Shown piece after piece: positions 12,958 to 24,029 of a stretch of DNA of 64,000 bases. The DNA lies in contig CAVSMN010000021.1 of assembly GCA_963729045.1 (NCBI GenBank), positions 1 through 64,000 of the forward strand, written 5' to 3'. The stretch's first letter is position 1. Every line of letters starts with the position of its first letter. Origin of the DNA: an uncultured Nitrososphaeraceae archaeon (GTDB lineage: Archaea > Thermoproteota > Nitrososphaeria > Nitrososphaerales > Nitrososphaeraceae). The notes under the pieces were generated by a model. It was not told the origin of the DNA and searched no databases. It saw only the letters and a list, made by a program, of their open reading frames with translations. The position numbers were made by a program, and so were the translations under genes.

Positions 12958-13458
12958 TTGTCCATCAAATTAATTCCAGTTTTAATTTTCATAGCGCTAC
13001 TATCCAATATTCTATTGGATATAGATCCAGTCTCGGCTGACACTTTAGTGACTAGCGCAGAAGTTGGCGATAATCCTTTGTTGTTAGAATATGATCCCAA
13101 TAGTGGGAAAGTCGATATATTAACTCGCGATTCTAATATTCTAAATCAAACTGTTGCTCCATGGGGTTGCACTCCTGAAATAACAAAGGGCTGTATAGAC
13201 ATGACCAATGCATCCAGCACATATCTTAGCATTGCTATAGGTGCTGTTGTTGGTGCGTTAATTAGTTGGTTGGTATACGCTTTACAAAAAAGGTCCACTG
13301 TCAAACAAGATGAAAACCTCAAGAGACTCAAAGAGTTAGATGAAAGACATGATAATATCTTAAACGTAATACAACAATTCCAAAAACATCAGGAAAAACT
13401 TCTTGAACAAATACTTGGTCTGGAAAAAAAAATTGACTCTTTAATTGAGAGGAAATAG
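12958..13458 (+). CDS. Hypothetical membrane protein with C-terminal coiled coil
   Basis: Signal peptide, one YVTN-like blade fragment (VGDNP..LEYDPNSGKV), TM (IAIGAVVGALISWLVY) and coiled coil. Confidence 0.6.
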   Translation: MSIKLIPVLIFIALLSNILLDIDPVSADTLVTSAEVGDNPLLLEYDPNSGKVDILTRDSNILNQTVAPWGCTPEITKGCIDMTNASSTYLSIAIGAVVGALISWLVYALQKRSTVKQDENLKRLKELDERHDNILNVIQQFQKHQEKLLEQILGLEKKIDSLIERK

Positions 13459-13739
13459 AATAATACCTGATATCCTTAGAGGATAAATCATAAGCGGATG
13501 TATCACCGATGGTAATACAAAATAACTATCATTATATTTTTTAAAAAAGAAATGAGCTCTCAAACTCCTTCAGATTCTTAATCTATTTGTACATTCTACA
13601 TATTACCCAAAATCTCCCTCAAGATTAATTCTTTTTGTCTTTGAGACATACTTAGTTCTGAAAGTGTTAGTCAATTGTTAAATCCAAAATTGAACGTTAA
13701 AAATATGGATCTAGCCGACCTATCCAAGGTTATTTTGTG

Positions 13740-13776
13740 TGCAAGATAAGTCAAACTTGTTTCACATACCACCGAG
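13740..13776 (+). repeat. Dispersed dyad element, class B
   Basis: ATAAGTCAAACT-TGTTTCA-CATACCACCGAG. Confidence 0.85.
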
Positions 13777-13832
13777 GACAAATATCTAAGATAGTAATTC
13801 TTTTAATAATTTGTTGTAATTGTTATAAAGTT

Positions 13833-13958
13833 ATGTATGAAGAACATACGATAAAATGTTCATCGTGTGACAAATTATTTACTTCAAAATACGACGAGAC
13901 TGTTTGTGATGAGTGCCCTAATGAACTTGAAAAAAATAGTATGTTTAATGCATTATAG
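13833..13958 (+). CDS. Small CxxC-CxxC zinc-finger protein (41 aa)
   Basis: MYEEHTIKCSSCDKLFTSKYDETVCDECP...; a paralogue at 30266-30376 shares the start and upstream sequence. Confidence 0.75.
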   Translation: MYEEHTIKCSSCDKLFTSKYDETVCDECPNELEKNSMFNAL

Positions 13959-13972
13959 GATAACCTTCAAGT

Positions 13973-14239
13973 CTATTTATTCCCCGATGTCATTATCTTT
14001 TTTAGTTCTTCATAAAACTCCTTGCTTGGAGATGAAGTGGATAATGATGTTTGCCATTGTTTTTCAATTGTTTTAACCGCTAATTCAGCCGCTTTGTCTA
14101 TATTATTTCCCCAATCTCTTTCAATTATTTTCTTTATCTTCTCTACATGAACTTCTTTTAAAGCTTCAAAAAATGCGCTTTCCAATAATTTTTTTGCACC
14201 TTCAATTGGATCGGTGTTGCAACACGAACAACTGGTCAT
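13973..14239 (-). CDS. Hypothetical helical protein with N-terminal CSCC, divergent from HxlR regulator
   Basis: ORF from ATG 14239 (MTSCSCCNTDPIEGAKK...). Confidence 0.6.
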   Translation of the reverse strand: MTSCSCCNTDPIEGAKKLLESAFFEALKEVHVEKIKKIIERDWGNNIDKAAELAVKTIEKQWQTSLSTSSPSKEFYEELKKIMTSGNK

Positions 14240-14459
14240 TACTACCATGCATTGTTTCACACCCACAACTATTGCATTCATGCATATCTGAATACTTGTT
14301 ATGACTGTGATGTGAAGACTTCTCTTCCATAATGAACTTCGCAATTTGAATCACATTGATTTCCTGTCATCAATAAATCACTTTGTAATAGTCACTATAA
14401 AAAAGTAAGTATATAAATTGGTAAGTGATATAATTGTAAGTAGATGAGAGATTGGTAAG

Positions 14460-14921
14460 TTGACAGAAGAAATAAATACCTTAAAACAAAATCATCAATA
14501 CGAAACTCGTTATAATCAGTCAGTTAGAATAGATGGAATGAAATGCAAATGCTGTCCTGTTTTTAACACCTTTAACATTATTGGTAAGAAATTTTCGCTA
14601 TTGATACTTCGGAATATGATTTATAATAATCAGAGAAGATTTAATGAATTTTTAAATTCTATTGAAGAAATAAATCCTAAAACATTATCTATTCGTCTAA
14701 AAGAAATGGAAAAAGATGGAATCATAAAACGACAAATATACCATGAGACTCCTGTTAGAATAGAATACCACTTAACTCAGAAAGGTAAAGAATTACGACC
14801 GATATTGGAGCAAATGGCTTTATTTTCTCTAAAATATTGTTGTGATCAAATATTTGATAATCCTGATCCTGTCAAGATTGGCAAGATTACTGCCAGATCA
14901 TTTGGAAAATATGGTGCATAA
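14460..14921 (+). CDS. HxlR-family winged-helix transcriptional regulator
   Basis: CPV..T..IIGKKFSLLILR, RFNEF, INPKTLS.RLKEME..G, PVRIEY.LT.KG.EL. Confidence 0.9.
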   Translation: MTEEINTLKQNHQYETRYNQSVRIDGMKCKCCPVFNTFNIIGKKFSLLILRNMIYNNQRRFNEFLNSIEEINPKTLSIRLKEMEKDGIIKRQIYHETPVRIEYHLTQKGKELRPILEQMALFSLKYCCDQIFDNPDPVKIGKITARSFGKYGA

Positions 14922-15196
14922 GTATATTTTTGAAAATGGTCCTTTTATGTATACAATACCAAATCATCCAGTTACTCTAGTTTTTCGCAAACTGAAAGGC
15001 AGAGATTAGACTAAGATTGATTACAGAAATTAACCAAGTAATTATTTGATCTTATCCCCATTTGAGATTATTCTAAATATTTTTTATATCTCTTATCGTC
15101 TGATACTGTCAACCAACTCGATTATATTAGTATGTTTACATCTGATTCCCTTTTATAATTTGTTTTCTAAAACATTAAGGAATCATGTGAAATAAC

Positions 15197-15412
15197 ATGG
15201 GATGTAAAAATATTTGTAAAAAGTATATGGCATCAAAACCATCAAACAAACAATCAAGATACGCAGAAGGACAAAAGAGATGTAGCGTATGGGAAATTTA
15301 TATCAAATGGGATGGATTATGTTGTCCGTGTTGTGGTTATAAACTAAGATTCAGACCAATAAATACAAGACTAAGAAGAAAGATTACTAGGCCACTATAT
15401 CCAAGATTATGA
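15197..15412 (+). CDS. Small Cys-rich zinc-binding protein
   Basis: CxxxC...RY..GQKRC..W(C)..KWDGLCCPCCG..LR pattern. Confidence 0.7.
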   Translation: MGCKNICKKYMASKPSNKQSRYAEGQKRCSVWEIYIKWDGLCCPCCGYKLRFRPINTRLRRKITRPLYPRL

Positions 15413-15734
15413 AAAATTAATCCAAAACTAATGTTCATTAAGTCTGAAATGATCATAGATTAAATAATATGTATACAAAAGTTAATGTTTTATCGGGTAG
15501 AACTATAATTTCGCAAGAAAATATAGCTTTATTCAATAATAGCATTTTTAGACTCTAGTATAGGACATACGAGGATTTGCAAATATCGCGAGTTCAGCTG
15601 TGAGAATTAGGATTATTCTTTAAGAGAACAGTATAATCATGAATTGACCATCCGTTGTAATTATTATTATACCTAGGAAACCCACAAATCTTTGAAAACA
15701 AATTTCATTCTCCTGATTAATATTAATTCCCAAC

Positions 15735-15788
15735 TAGTGTGAAATTTCATACTCGTCCCACCGAATTAGATACCTACTTATAGTAACG
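15735..15788 (+). repeat. Dispersed dyad element, class C + tail E
   Basis: TAGTGTGAAATT-TCATACT-CGTCCCACCGAA-ttaGATACCTACTTATAGTAACG. Confidence 0.9.
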
Positions 15789-15797
15789 TTTTAATAT

Positions 15798-17144
15798 CTA
15801 AAAATGCCTTAAAAGTTGTGGCTTCCAGTAAGTATGGTTCCATATAGCGAAATCGATTCCCTCTCTGTCCTCGTAGAGTATTTCCCATAGTTCATCACTA
15901 GATAGTAATTCTTGTAAGAACAATTCACAATTTTTGTAGGAAGTAGTATTTGAATCAGAAAGCCAGATTCTATTTGTTTTTATACCTTGATCATGTTCTT
16001 TGATACCAAAACTTTCGGATTGTAAAACATATTTTTCTTTCCACAATCCCATTGCAGTACTTTTAATATAGAATGTAGGAACGCTGTCTTCCAATTTTCT
16101 TACAAGTTCTAAAGCTGTGCTTGGATCTATTTCTAACAACGTAACACCCCATTCCTTATGCCATTTGAAAAAATCTGCACACAAATTTCTGGTTTTAGAA
16201 TTCTGCCAATCTTTTTCAATAAGCGACTTATCAAGGATCATTATCCTCACACTTTGGAAATCTTTGATTTTGGTTCTCCGTATTAGGTTTGCATGAAGAT
16301 TTAGGTATGACGTTTTTGATTGATATTCTTGGAATTTACTTGGTAACAGTAAATTAGTAGAATCATATTGACTAGCATCTTCAAATAGGGCATGATATAG
16401 ATTTGTGGTTGATTCATCTAACAATACTATTTCTTTTCCGTGGTCAATTTTCTTCTTTAATGATAATGCTTCAGACTCTAAAAATATGTCAAAAGGAATT
16501 ACCAATTTTGAATTTATATCTACTCTATCAATTAAACCTCTTTTATCTTTTGGGATCGCAATATTCCCAAAGGTAAATGATTTTCCATCTTGTTTAGTGT
16601 TGCAATAATTAAAAACATGTATTGGTTTCTTATGTTTTACAAAAAACTCTCCTAAATCCTGAAAGAATCTACTATTAGCTATTTTAAAACCGAATGATTC
16701 ACTTGTTTCTTTTTTGTAGTTTTTAGTAAAGAATTCGTAGACATTGCTATCTAACAATATGTGACTATCATCACAAAGATCGCATAACCTCCTAGCAAAC
16801 GTTGGACCATTTCCCCATACAGGTATACCTAGAATAGATTTCGCTGACTCAATTTCTATTGCTTTATTTCGTGCAATACCAATTTTTAATCCAAAATTTT
16901 GTTCCTCAGAACATGGCGGAAATTTTTCATGAATCTTTAATGCCAGTTGTAAAGGTAATAGAGAATCTTCTTTGAACCAAATTATTGCACCATCGCCAGT
17001 AAAAGATATTTGTAACATTTTTTCGGAATTTTCCAAAAAATCGTTTATTACTTGAAGTAAATCTTTAATGTTGTCTACCTGTGAATCAACGTCTTTAGAT
17101 GATCCAACGATGTCTATGCAGAAAAAATTGTAATATTCCACCAA
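15798..17144 (-). CDS. Class III nucleotidyl (adenylate/guanylate-type) cyclase with uncharacterised C-terminal domain
   Basis: FCIDIVGSS, FTGDG, LKIGI, WGNG...ARRL motifs in the first ~200 aa. Confidence 0.8.
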   Translation of the reverse strand: MVEYYNFFCIDIVGSSKDVDSQVDNIKDLLQVINDFLENSEKMLQISFTGDGAIIWFKEDSLLPLQLALKIHEKFPPCSEEQNFGLKIGIARNKAIEIESAKSILGIPVWGNGPTFARRLCDLCDDSHILLDSNVYEFFTKNYKKETSESFGFKIANSRFFQDLGEFFVKHKKPIHVFNYCNTKQDGKSFTFGNIAIPKDKRGLIDRVDINSKLVIPFDIFLESEALSLKKKIDHGKEIVLLDESTTNLYHALFEDASQYDSTNLLLPSKFQEYQSKTSYLNLHANLIRRTKIKDFQSVRIMILDKSLIEKDWQNSKTRNLCADFFKWHKEWGVTLLEIDPSTALELVRKLEDSVPTFYIKSTAMGLWKEKYVLQSESFGIKEHDQGIKTNRIWLSDSNTTSYKNCELFLQELLSSDELWEILYEDREGIDFAIWNHTYWKPQLLRHF

Positions 17145-17253
17145 ATATAATATTGCATACTCTATATTATTTTTTTAAAAATACCAGTTCTAAATCATGA
17201 ACCCAAATACTGACAGATGAGTATACTATTCTGACTAAAGAATCATAGAGCAG

Positions 17254-17946
17254 ATGTCCCAAAGAATGAATGAAGACAATGAGTAAAGTATAGGATAAAA
17301 TATATGAGTCAGATAATGCATTTTTTGGCGACGAACCTAGCCATTTTGCAAGCCTCTGTTTAAAAGAAATGAGAACAATTAATGTAAAAAAATTGTTAGA
17401 ATTAGGTGGTGCAGGTCATGGAAGAGATTCGATATTTTTTGAATCAAATGGAATTCAGATAGGGTCATTAGATTATTTAAACGCTGGAGTTGATTAATAC
17501 TCAATAAGGCAAAAAAAGAAAAAGAATTGCAAGCAAATTCACAAACCTTTGATGTAAGAAATGCACTTCCATTTCCAAATAACTAGTTTGATGCAATCTA
17601 CTCCCATATGTTCCTTAATATGAAGTTCTCATCAGATGAACTCAGTTTCATTATCTCAGAAATAAAGAGTATTAAAAGATGGGGGGGTTTCCCTTTTTTT
17701 CAGCCAGAAGTAATCATGACAATTTTTATAGGAAGGAAATAGAAATTTAAAAAGATATTTTCAACATTAATGGTTTTAAAATTCGTTTCTTTACGGAAAA
17801 CTGATATACAGAGTTTGTTCGGTGGACAATTTAAATTGCTTTGAATAAAAGTTGCATTTGAAGACCCAGTTACCCTCTATCTAATATGTTGTAGGAAGAA
17901 ATCATCCATAGACTTTCTAATGTTCTTGATCCAGAATAAGGGGTAA
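17254..17946 (+). pseudogene. Class I SAM-dependent methyltransferase pseudogene
   Basis: Pieces FFGDEPSHFA, LLELGGAGHGRDS, LPFPNN*FDAIYSHM with several stops and frameshifts. Confidence 0.75.
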
Positions 17947-18022
17947 TCATATGTAAAGGAAACTAAAAGAGAACTCTCTATCTCCAATACCTCATGGTAA
18001 AAGTGTTTATTGGGTAATAAGA

Positions 18023-18106
18023 TTCGGTCAAATTTGTTTCACATACTGGCGAACCCGCAAACCATTCGGAACTTAATTCCACCGAACCAGCTACCTATTA
18101 GTAACG
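18023..18106 (+). repeat. Dispersed dyad element, class B + half-site D + tail E
   Basis: TTCGGTCAAATT-TGTTTCA-CATACTGGCGAA-cccgcaaaccattcGGAACTTAATTCCACCGAA-ccaGCTACCTATTAGTAACG. Confidence 0.9.
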
Positions 18107-18173
18107 AAGCGAATACAGTTAGAGGTAAAGTAATTCTAAACTGTCTGTATTATTAAAAAAGTTTATAAAAAAA

Positions 18174-18368
18174 TCAACTCGTTTTTATTAACTTTCTAAA
18201 GTTCTCCTTGTCCTTGCCGACGCGTTCATTAAATGTCTCTTCTGTATATCCGTGAGCCTCTATACCGTGTTTTTTTGCATTCTCTAAAAGTTCTTCCTCA
18301 GTTTCACCATACATTGTATGAGTGCAAACAGGATCACCTGCATCTTTACAGTTTAAACTTAATGTCAC
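18174..18368 (-). CDS. DUF1059-like small metal-binding protein
   Basis: L.C.DAG..C...GETEEEL...KH...HG pattern. Confidence 0.8.
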   Translation of the reverse strand: MTLSLNCKDAGDPVCTHTMYGETEEELLENAKKHGIEAHGYTEETFNERVGKDKENFRKLIKTS

Positions 18369-19432
18369 GACATATTGATATTGTGCAACATAATAAAGTT
18401 ATCCTAAATATTCTCAAATGTTGGAAATTTCAAATTTTCGATTCCCGTAACTTCATAATTTAATACATATTATAATATATTGTGAATATTACTTTTCTCT
18501 ATAATTACACCGGCATTGGTTCTTGGATTTTATATCTCTTTTACTTTACTTTTATTACAAACTCCATGGCTTCCCCAAATCCGTCTTTTGAAGTGACGTA
18601 GTAAAACGACAGTGACACTTTTAGTTCGTTAAGTAGAGACTTTGACCAGACTAAAGACAATATTAACGACGATGATAAAAACTCCAAAGACACAACCAAC
18701 GATGATGAGAGCTTACAAGAACGATCTTAAACATTTTAAAATCACTACTCTTAGGATTCCTTAATTATTTGAAGGTATTTAGGATAAATTATTTCAAGTA
18801 GTTAAAAATTTTGATTTTAAAATCTATCAATTTTTAGATTAAATAAACAAATTAAGAACGATCTATAAATTCCAAAAAAAGTTGATGTGTAAAAATGTTA
18901 AGATATCATATCTGCAATTGTATTTAATTTTACTGAACTATTGAATTTGTAGAAATCATATAATAAATAGTGGATTACCCTCAGATCGGGGGTCTTTCCA
19001 AAGAAACGGCTTAGTGACCCTAGAGATAATAAATTTGCCTCATCATTCTGCAATTTTATGCCAACTTGTAGGATGCGAAGTTCAAGTAAAAATTGAATTT
19101 CAAAAAGTTTTTTAATATGTTCAATGAGTATATGATTACCGTAGTCAAAAATCGTCTTCCAATTAAGGTCTTATACTCTTTCTGTGTAAGATCTTACTAG
19201 TATTGGATGCCTTTAACAATTACCCACAAGAAGAGAACCTGTTTGGCTATTATGTGATCTATGAGTACTAGATTCTAACATATCGAGAATATTATTAAGA
19301 ATTACCCTTTCGATGGTTGATCACTTTGATTAACAAAAATGTCATTTCATCGATTTACCCTAGTGATTCGCTCTTGTTGTCCTTTTAGATCATATGTTTA
19401 GTTCGTATCGTATTCAAAAAATCATTCTAGAC

Positions 19433-19499
19433 TAGTATGAAATTTCATACCCGTACTACCAAACTCATAATATACGAAACTTAATCCTTGGGAGCCTAT
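19433..19499 (+). repeat. Dispersed dyad element, class C + partial D + AGCCTAT end
   Basis: TAGTATGAAATT-TCATACC-CGTACTACCAAA...GAAACTTAATCC..GAGCCTAT. Confidence 0.75.
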
Positions 19500-19569
19500 T
19501 TTCGTCAATATTTGGTATTAAAAACCGTTTGATACCCATGTTTATATAGTATGTTGAGTGCTATATAAT

Positions 19570-20184
19570 ATGTCAAAGAAAACAGGAACTAAAGAAAACT
19601 ATTCAAATAATACCAATGAACAAATTAATAATAACAACAATAACAATAATGATTTCCAAGAATCCGTTAACCAATCACTAGATGAAACCAAAGATAATAT
19701 CAAAAAATCAATAGATGAATCAAGACACCAAATTCCACGAATTAATAATATTGTAAATAGTTATCAAGAAGAATCACTACAAACTGCAAAAGAGATTTCA
19801 GAGGATTATATCGATTCTCAAAAACAAGTTGTTAATTCACTCCAATCAGTTTGGAGACCATACAATGAAATCTTTAATGGGTTCGTTACCAACTTCTTTT
19901 CCCCTGATGCAGCAGCTAAAGCATATACTAGATTTGTCAGTAACGTTGCAGATAATACAGTATCGGCTGTTAGACTTTCAAACAACGTAATTTTCTCAAC
20001 CTTAGAATCATGGAAACCAGCTTTAAAACAAGCAAAAGATATATCTAGACACATATCAAACACGGGAGTAAATACAGCAAGAACATTTGAACAAAATTCA
20101 AGCCAATTAGTAGAAGATGTTAAAGAGGTAGTCAATTCAAACACAAACTCTGCTACTAGAACTAAAGACTCCACACATCATTAA
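19570..20184 (+). CDS. Alpha-helical hypothetical protein (phasin-like)
   Basis: Amphipathic helical pattern SLDETKDNIKKSIDE..YQEESLQTAKEI..Y..SQ; a decayed fragment of the same family lies at ~18625-18670. Confidence 0.6.
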   Translation: MSKKTGTKENYSNNTNEQINNNNNNNNDFQESVNQSLDETKDNIKKSIDESRHQIPRINNIVNSYQEESLQTAKEISEDYIDSQKQVVNSLQSVWRPYNEIFNGFVTNFFSPDAAAKAYTRFVSNVADNTVSAVRLSNNVIFSTLESWKPALKQAKDISRHISNTGVNTARTFEQNSSQLVEDVKEVVNSNTNSATRTKDSTHH

Positions 20185-20359
20185 CAAAAAAATAGACAAA
20201 TTCAAAACTGCAAATAAAATCAACCCATCAGTTTTCCTTTGGAGTTAAACAAACTCAAGGAATTAAGTTACCAATACTATAGCTAAATTTACTTTTCTTA
20301 CCATTGTCTTTTTCATCCATAAAGAAAAAATGATTTAAATTATAACTCAATAAGACAAC

Positions 20360-20423
20360 TCAAGTGAATTTTCTCATGATTTCTCCAGAATCCCTATACT
20401 ATATGGAACTTAATCCCGCCGAC
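20360..20423 (+). repeat. Dispersed dyad element, class A + half-site D
   Basis: TCAAGTGAATTT-TCTCATG-ATTTCTCCAGAA-tccctatactatatGGAACTTAATCCCGCCGAC. Confidence 0.8.
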
Positions 20424-20689
20424 CTAATTCATTAACAACCTTACAATATCTTATTCCCAAAAATTTATACAAAGTATGGAGAATACATTGGACATTTGAG
20501 AATGTTTGATTAAGTTTAGTTTACCACTATTGTTCAGAATGCTTCTTGATGAAGTAAATTCATTAACTGTTGTAATTTCATCTAAGACACCTTCTAAATA
20601 CTTTACATCATCTAGTGTATTTAGTTCTACAGGATCCGAATCACTTCATGAATTAAAGGTTATGCAAAGAGTATCTCATTGATGAGTTG

Positions 20690-21187
20690 TTAATTGTCTT
20701 CGTCATCATCCCCATCGTCCCCATCTGCATCATTTCCTTCGCTATTATCTGTTATCTCTCCTCCTGTCGATTTGGTAAAATAGCTAAATGAGTGTTCATC
20801 TTGCCATTTAACGGTAAAGTCATAGCTGGTACCATTACTCTTAATCGCTTCGTCAAGTATTTGTAAAGCAAAATCAGATCTGTCTCCTGGGCCGATAGTG
20901 GTAGGACTAGTACCGCCTGATTCGTGACCTACGGTTCTCCCCCGATCATCAAAAAAGATTGCAGATATTTCTACTGATCTTGCAGTGGCTGTACCATTAT
21001 TCAAAATCACACCAACAATTTCATCCGCAAATGCTTTACTAGTATAATTTTGACTTAGTAATACCATGTCATATTTTTTCTTGTTTTCCTGACTAAAAGC
21101 ATCAGAATGAAAACTTACGTCTAAAACCGATATTGTTATCAACACAAATGATAATCCAAAAATTCCGATATTTGACCATGCTTTCAT
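20690..21187 (-). CDS. Secreted FxLYD-domain protein with acidic tail
   Basis: IVGVILNNG..A..V.I.A.FFD..G..VG......I.PG..S.F motif. Confidence 0.75.
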   Translation of the reverse strand: MKAWSNIGIFGLSFVLITISVLDVSFHSDAFSQENKKKYDMVLLSQNYTSKAFADEIVGVILNNGTATARSVEISAIFFDDRGRTVGHESGGTSPTTIGPGDRSDFALQILDEAIKSNGTSYDFTVKWQDEHSFSYFTKSTGGEITDNSEGNDADGDDGDDDEDN

Positions 21188-21751
21188 TTTAGCTCATTGA
21201 TAACAAGCGTGTAGAAAAAACTTTTATTGTAGATTTTTCTATTCAAAATTTCTACTTGATAATCAATACCGTAATAATTAAAAATTACTATCCATAACTA
21301 TTCTTACTAACTAACTTTACCTTCATAAACGAAAATATCTCCATGAATTTACTAACAGGGCAGTTTATGATTTAGAACATTTAGATAATTAGAGATTCAA
21401 AATATTGTTCGTAATAACCATAATTACTGGATACATTAGATCTCTTGCGTAATTAGTCCAAACAGCTTTTATGAAAAGATGTGTGAATATATCGCAATTT
21501 CTAAATTATTTTAAAAATACAAGAAGAAAAATCAAACAATATTTGTATTGCAAATGAGGTTGAATATGTTGTTGACCGTTTAATTACTTATAAATGGAAT
21601 CGTATATAGATATATTAAGGAAAATTAATTAAGGGTTTGTGTCTCAAGTGACACAGGTTAATTTTTCTCAGAAATACAAAATTTTCCTATCGATAATAAA
21701 ATTCAATTCAACCAATTGATGAATACGTATGTGATAATATTGTAACTGTCG

Positions 21752-22567
21752 CTAATCCAAAAAAACTGTATGTAAATCCTCATTCAGTGAATCTAAAGTT
21801 TCCATGTCTTTTTGATTGATATGAAAATCAAATACCTTGCTGTTTTCTAAAATTCTTTCTTCATGACTAGATTTTGGAATAACAATCAGATTGTGTTGTA
21901 AACTCCAACGCACAAGTATTTGTGCAGGGCTCTTGTCATACCTTATTGCCATTTTTACCAAGTCATGATGGTTAAGTCTTTTACCTCTTGTTAGTGGACT
22001 ATATGCTTCAAGCTGAATTGCATTACTCTTGCAGAATTGTAATAGATCTTTCTGGTATAAGAATGGGTGAAATTCCACCTGATTAATAGCAGGTACAATA
22101 TCAGAGTTTTGTATCGTTTCTTTGAGTTCATTAATAGAATAGTTGCTTACTCCAATCGCACGGACTTTTCCATTATTTAGTAATTGGATCATAGCCTTCC
22201 ATGTTTCAATAATTTTTTTCTGGACTGGCCAATGTATAAGATAAAGATCCACATAAGATAAACCAAGACGTTTCAGGCTAGCTTCAAATGCTCTTAAAGT
22301 TGAATCGTATCCTTGATCACTATTCCAGACTTTTGTGGTGATAAAGATGTCTTCTCTTTTTATGTCACTGACTTTCAAAGCCTTACCCACATCAGATTCA
22401 TTACCATAAATCTTGGCGGTGTCAATGTGTCTATATCCAATTTTCAGGGCATATTTGACTGCATTGGTGGTTTTTCCCCCAGGAGGTGTTTGATAGACTC
22501 CAAGTCCAAGCCGTGGAATTTGAATTCCGTTATTTAAATAAGCAGTGGAATTTAAGGTATATGACAT
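21752..22567 (-). CDS. Aldo/keto reductase (AKR5 / 2,5-DKG reductase-like)
   Basis: GYRHIDTAKIY, TTKVW, DLYLIHWP, IGVSN, NQVEFHP, YSPL, IPKS. Confidence 0.95.
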   Translation of the reverse strand: MSYTLNSTAYLNNGIQIPRLGLGVYQTPPGGKTTNAVKYALKIGYRHIDTAKIYGNESDVGKALKVSDIKREDIFITTKVWNSDQGYDSTLRAFEASLKRLGLSYVDLYLIHWPVQKKIIETWKAMIQLLNNGKVRAIGVSNYSINELKETIQNSDIVPAINQVEFHPFLYQKDLLQFCKSNAIQLEAYSPLTRGKRLNHHDLVKMAIRYDKSPAQILVRWSLQHNLIVIPKSSHEERILENSKVFDFHINQKDMETLDSLNEDLHTVFLD

Positions 22568-22666
22568 ACAAAAAGTAATCTCAGATCTGACTTAACTCTA
22601 TCTATCTATCTATGACAGTAAACCATCAAAACAATATTTTACTTCAAACATTACAAATTGATAAAA

Positions 22667-22812
22667 TATGATTTCCACCGAACCCTTATACCATACCATA
22701 CACTTGATTGTAACCAAACATTAATGTTCGCGACTTAGGAGATAGAGTTGCAAATTCGGTCAAATTTGTTTCACATTCCACCGAACCAGTTACCACTATA
22801 TGGTATAGTAAC
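22667..22812 (+). repeat. Two adjacent dispersed elements: class A right half + partial D (22671-22696) and class B + tail E (22755-22812)
   Basis: ATG-ATTTCCACCGAA-CCCTTATACCATA; GAGTTGCAAA-TTCGGTCAAATT-TGTTTCA-CATTCCACCGAA-ccaGTTACCACTATATGGTATAGTAAC. Confidence 0.9.
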
Positions 22813-22829
22813 AATTTAGTAACACTCGC

Positions 22830-23570
22830 CTAAGAAGAATTGTCCCTTATATTGAAGATGTAGAAAAATACTTTTTCTTGTCCATCCTTAGTAGTATTAA
22901 TAGTGTGACAACTTATAGATTCTAGTGGACCATGTCTTTGCGTACAGTCGAACTCATCTGGCTTGTTACCAATTTGACTGGAGATAACTTCATACCCATT
23001 CAAGTCTAAAAATCTTGGTGAAACAGTGGTTTCAATGAATATGACGCGGTTATATGGTAAAGATGCCTCAGTAGTCTTTCCCATCTGACCTTCACCTATT
23101 GTGACATCTCCTCTAAATATGTTAGCTGTTCCAGGTCCTGCAGCTCCCAAATACGACCCTGCGTGACCATTACACCCATGATCAGTAGCACGACCAGGTT
23201 CACATCCAGGGCAGATAATGAATTGTATTATTAATTTTATTTTTACTTTGTCTTCATTTGTATGAGTTCCATCTAAGCCATCAATAGTACGTATATCCCC
23301 AGAAACATTAGATGTAGTCTTTGAATTAATCTGGCTATCACACTGTACATTATTCTCCGATAGTGTAGCAGCATCTCCTGACATTATCTGATTATCTTGT
23401 CCAGATGATTGAGATTATTCGGTTCCTTGCTCTGAATCGCTATCAACACTTTCTGATAACACGCTATTCTGAGCACTTGCGCTAAAGAGAGGAGAATTGA
23501 ATGTTACTACTACAATTAATAAGAGAAGGAATATGAACATGAGCGGTAAACTCAACTGTTTTATTGACAT
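22830..23570 (-). pseudogene. Secreted hypothetical protein with in-frame TAA at codon 52
   Basis: ATG at 23570 gives a signal peptide (MSIKQLSLPLMFIFLLLLIVV..ASAQ) in frame with ORF 22830-23384, broken by one TAA. Confidence 0.65.
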
Positions 23571-23747
23571 ATTAATTCAATATTAATAGATCATATAACA
23601 ATGGCTATTAATTGTACTTTTAAATATTGCTGTGTCAATATCATTGATTTTTGAGAATGATAATGTTGATATGCTAAATATTGGACTATTCTCAGATTAT
23701 CAACAAAATCAAAAGAATGATATAAACAAGGTGGGATGCATTAAAAC

Positions 23748-23799
23748 TCATGTGGATATCCTCATGAATTCCACCTAACTAGCTCTATATCTTAGTAAC
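23748..23799 (+). repeat. Dispersed dyad element, class A + tail E
   Basis: TCATGTGGATAT-CCTCATG-AATTCCACCTAA-ctaGCTCTATATCTTAGTAAC. Confidence 0.9.
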
Positions 23800-24029
23800 C
23801 ATAAATACAATGATAGTCTAACCCGGATTGAAAATCATGAATTATTCAATCGAATTATTTCGATAGCGTTAATTGGTTCCTTATGGTTTATTTTTATTCT
23901 TTTTTGTTTCTTGGATATTGAAATGTACCTAGTAGGTATGATACTTTCCAAATGTTCTTAATATAATATACCATCGTGTTGATGGGGATCATGAATATAT
24001 AGTCGCATGGTTAATGAAGAAACATAAAA

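Noticed and set aside
17817..17830. Minus-strand core matches here and at ~9982
   Set aside because: Short matches inside coding or pseudogene sequence (FGG / LGGN codons) lacking the rest of the element.
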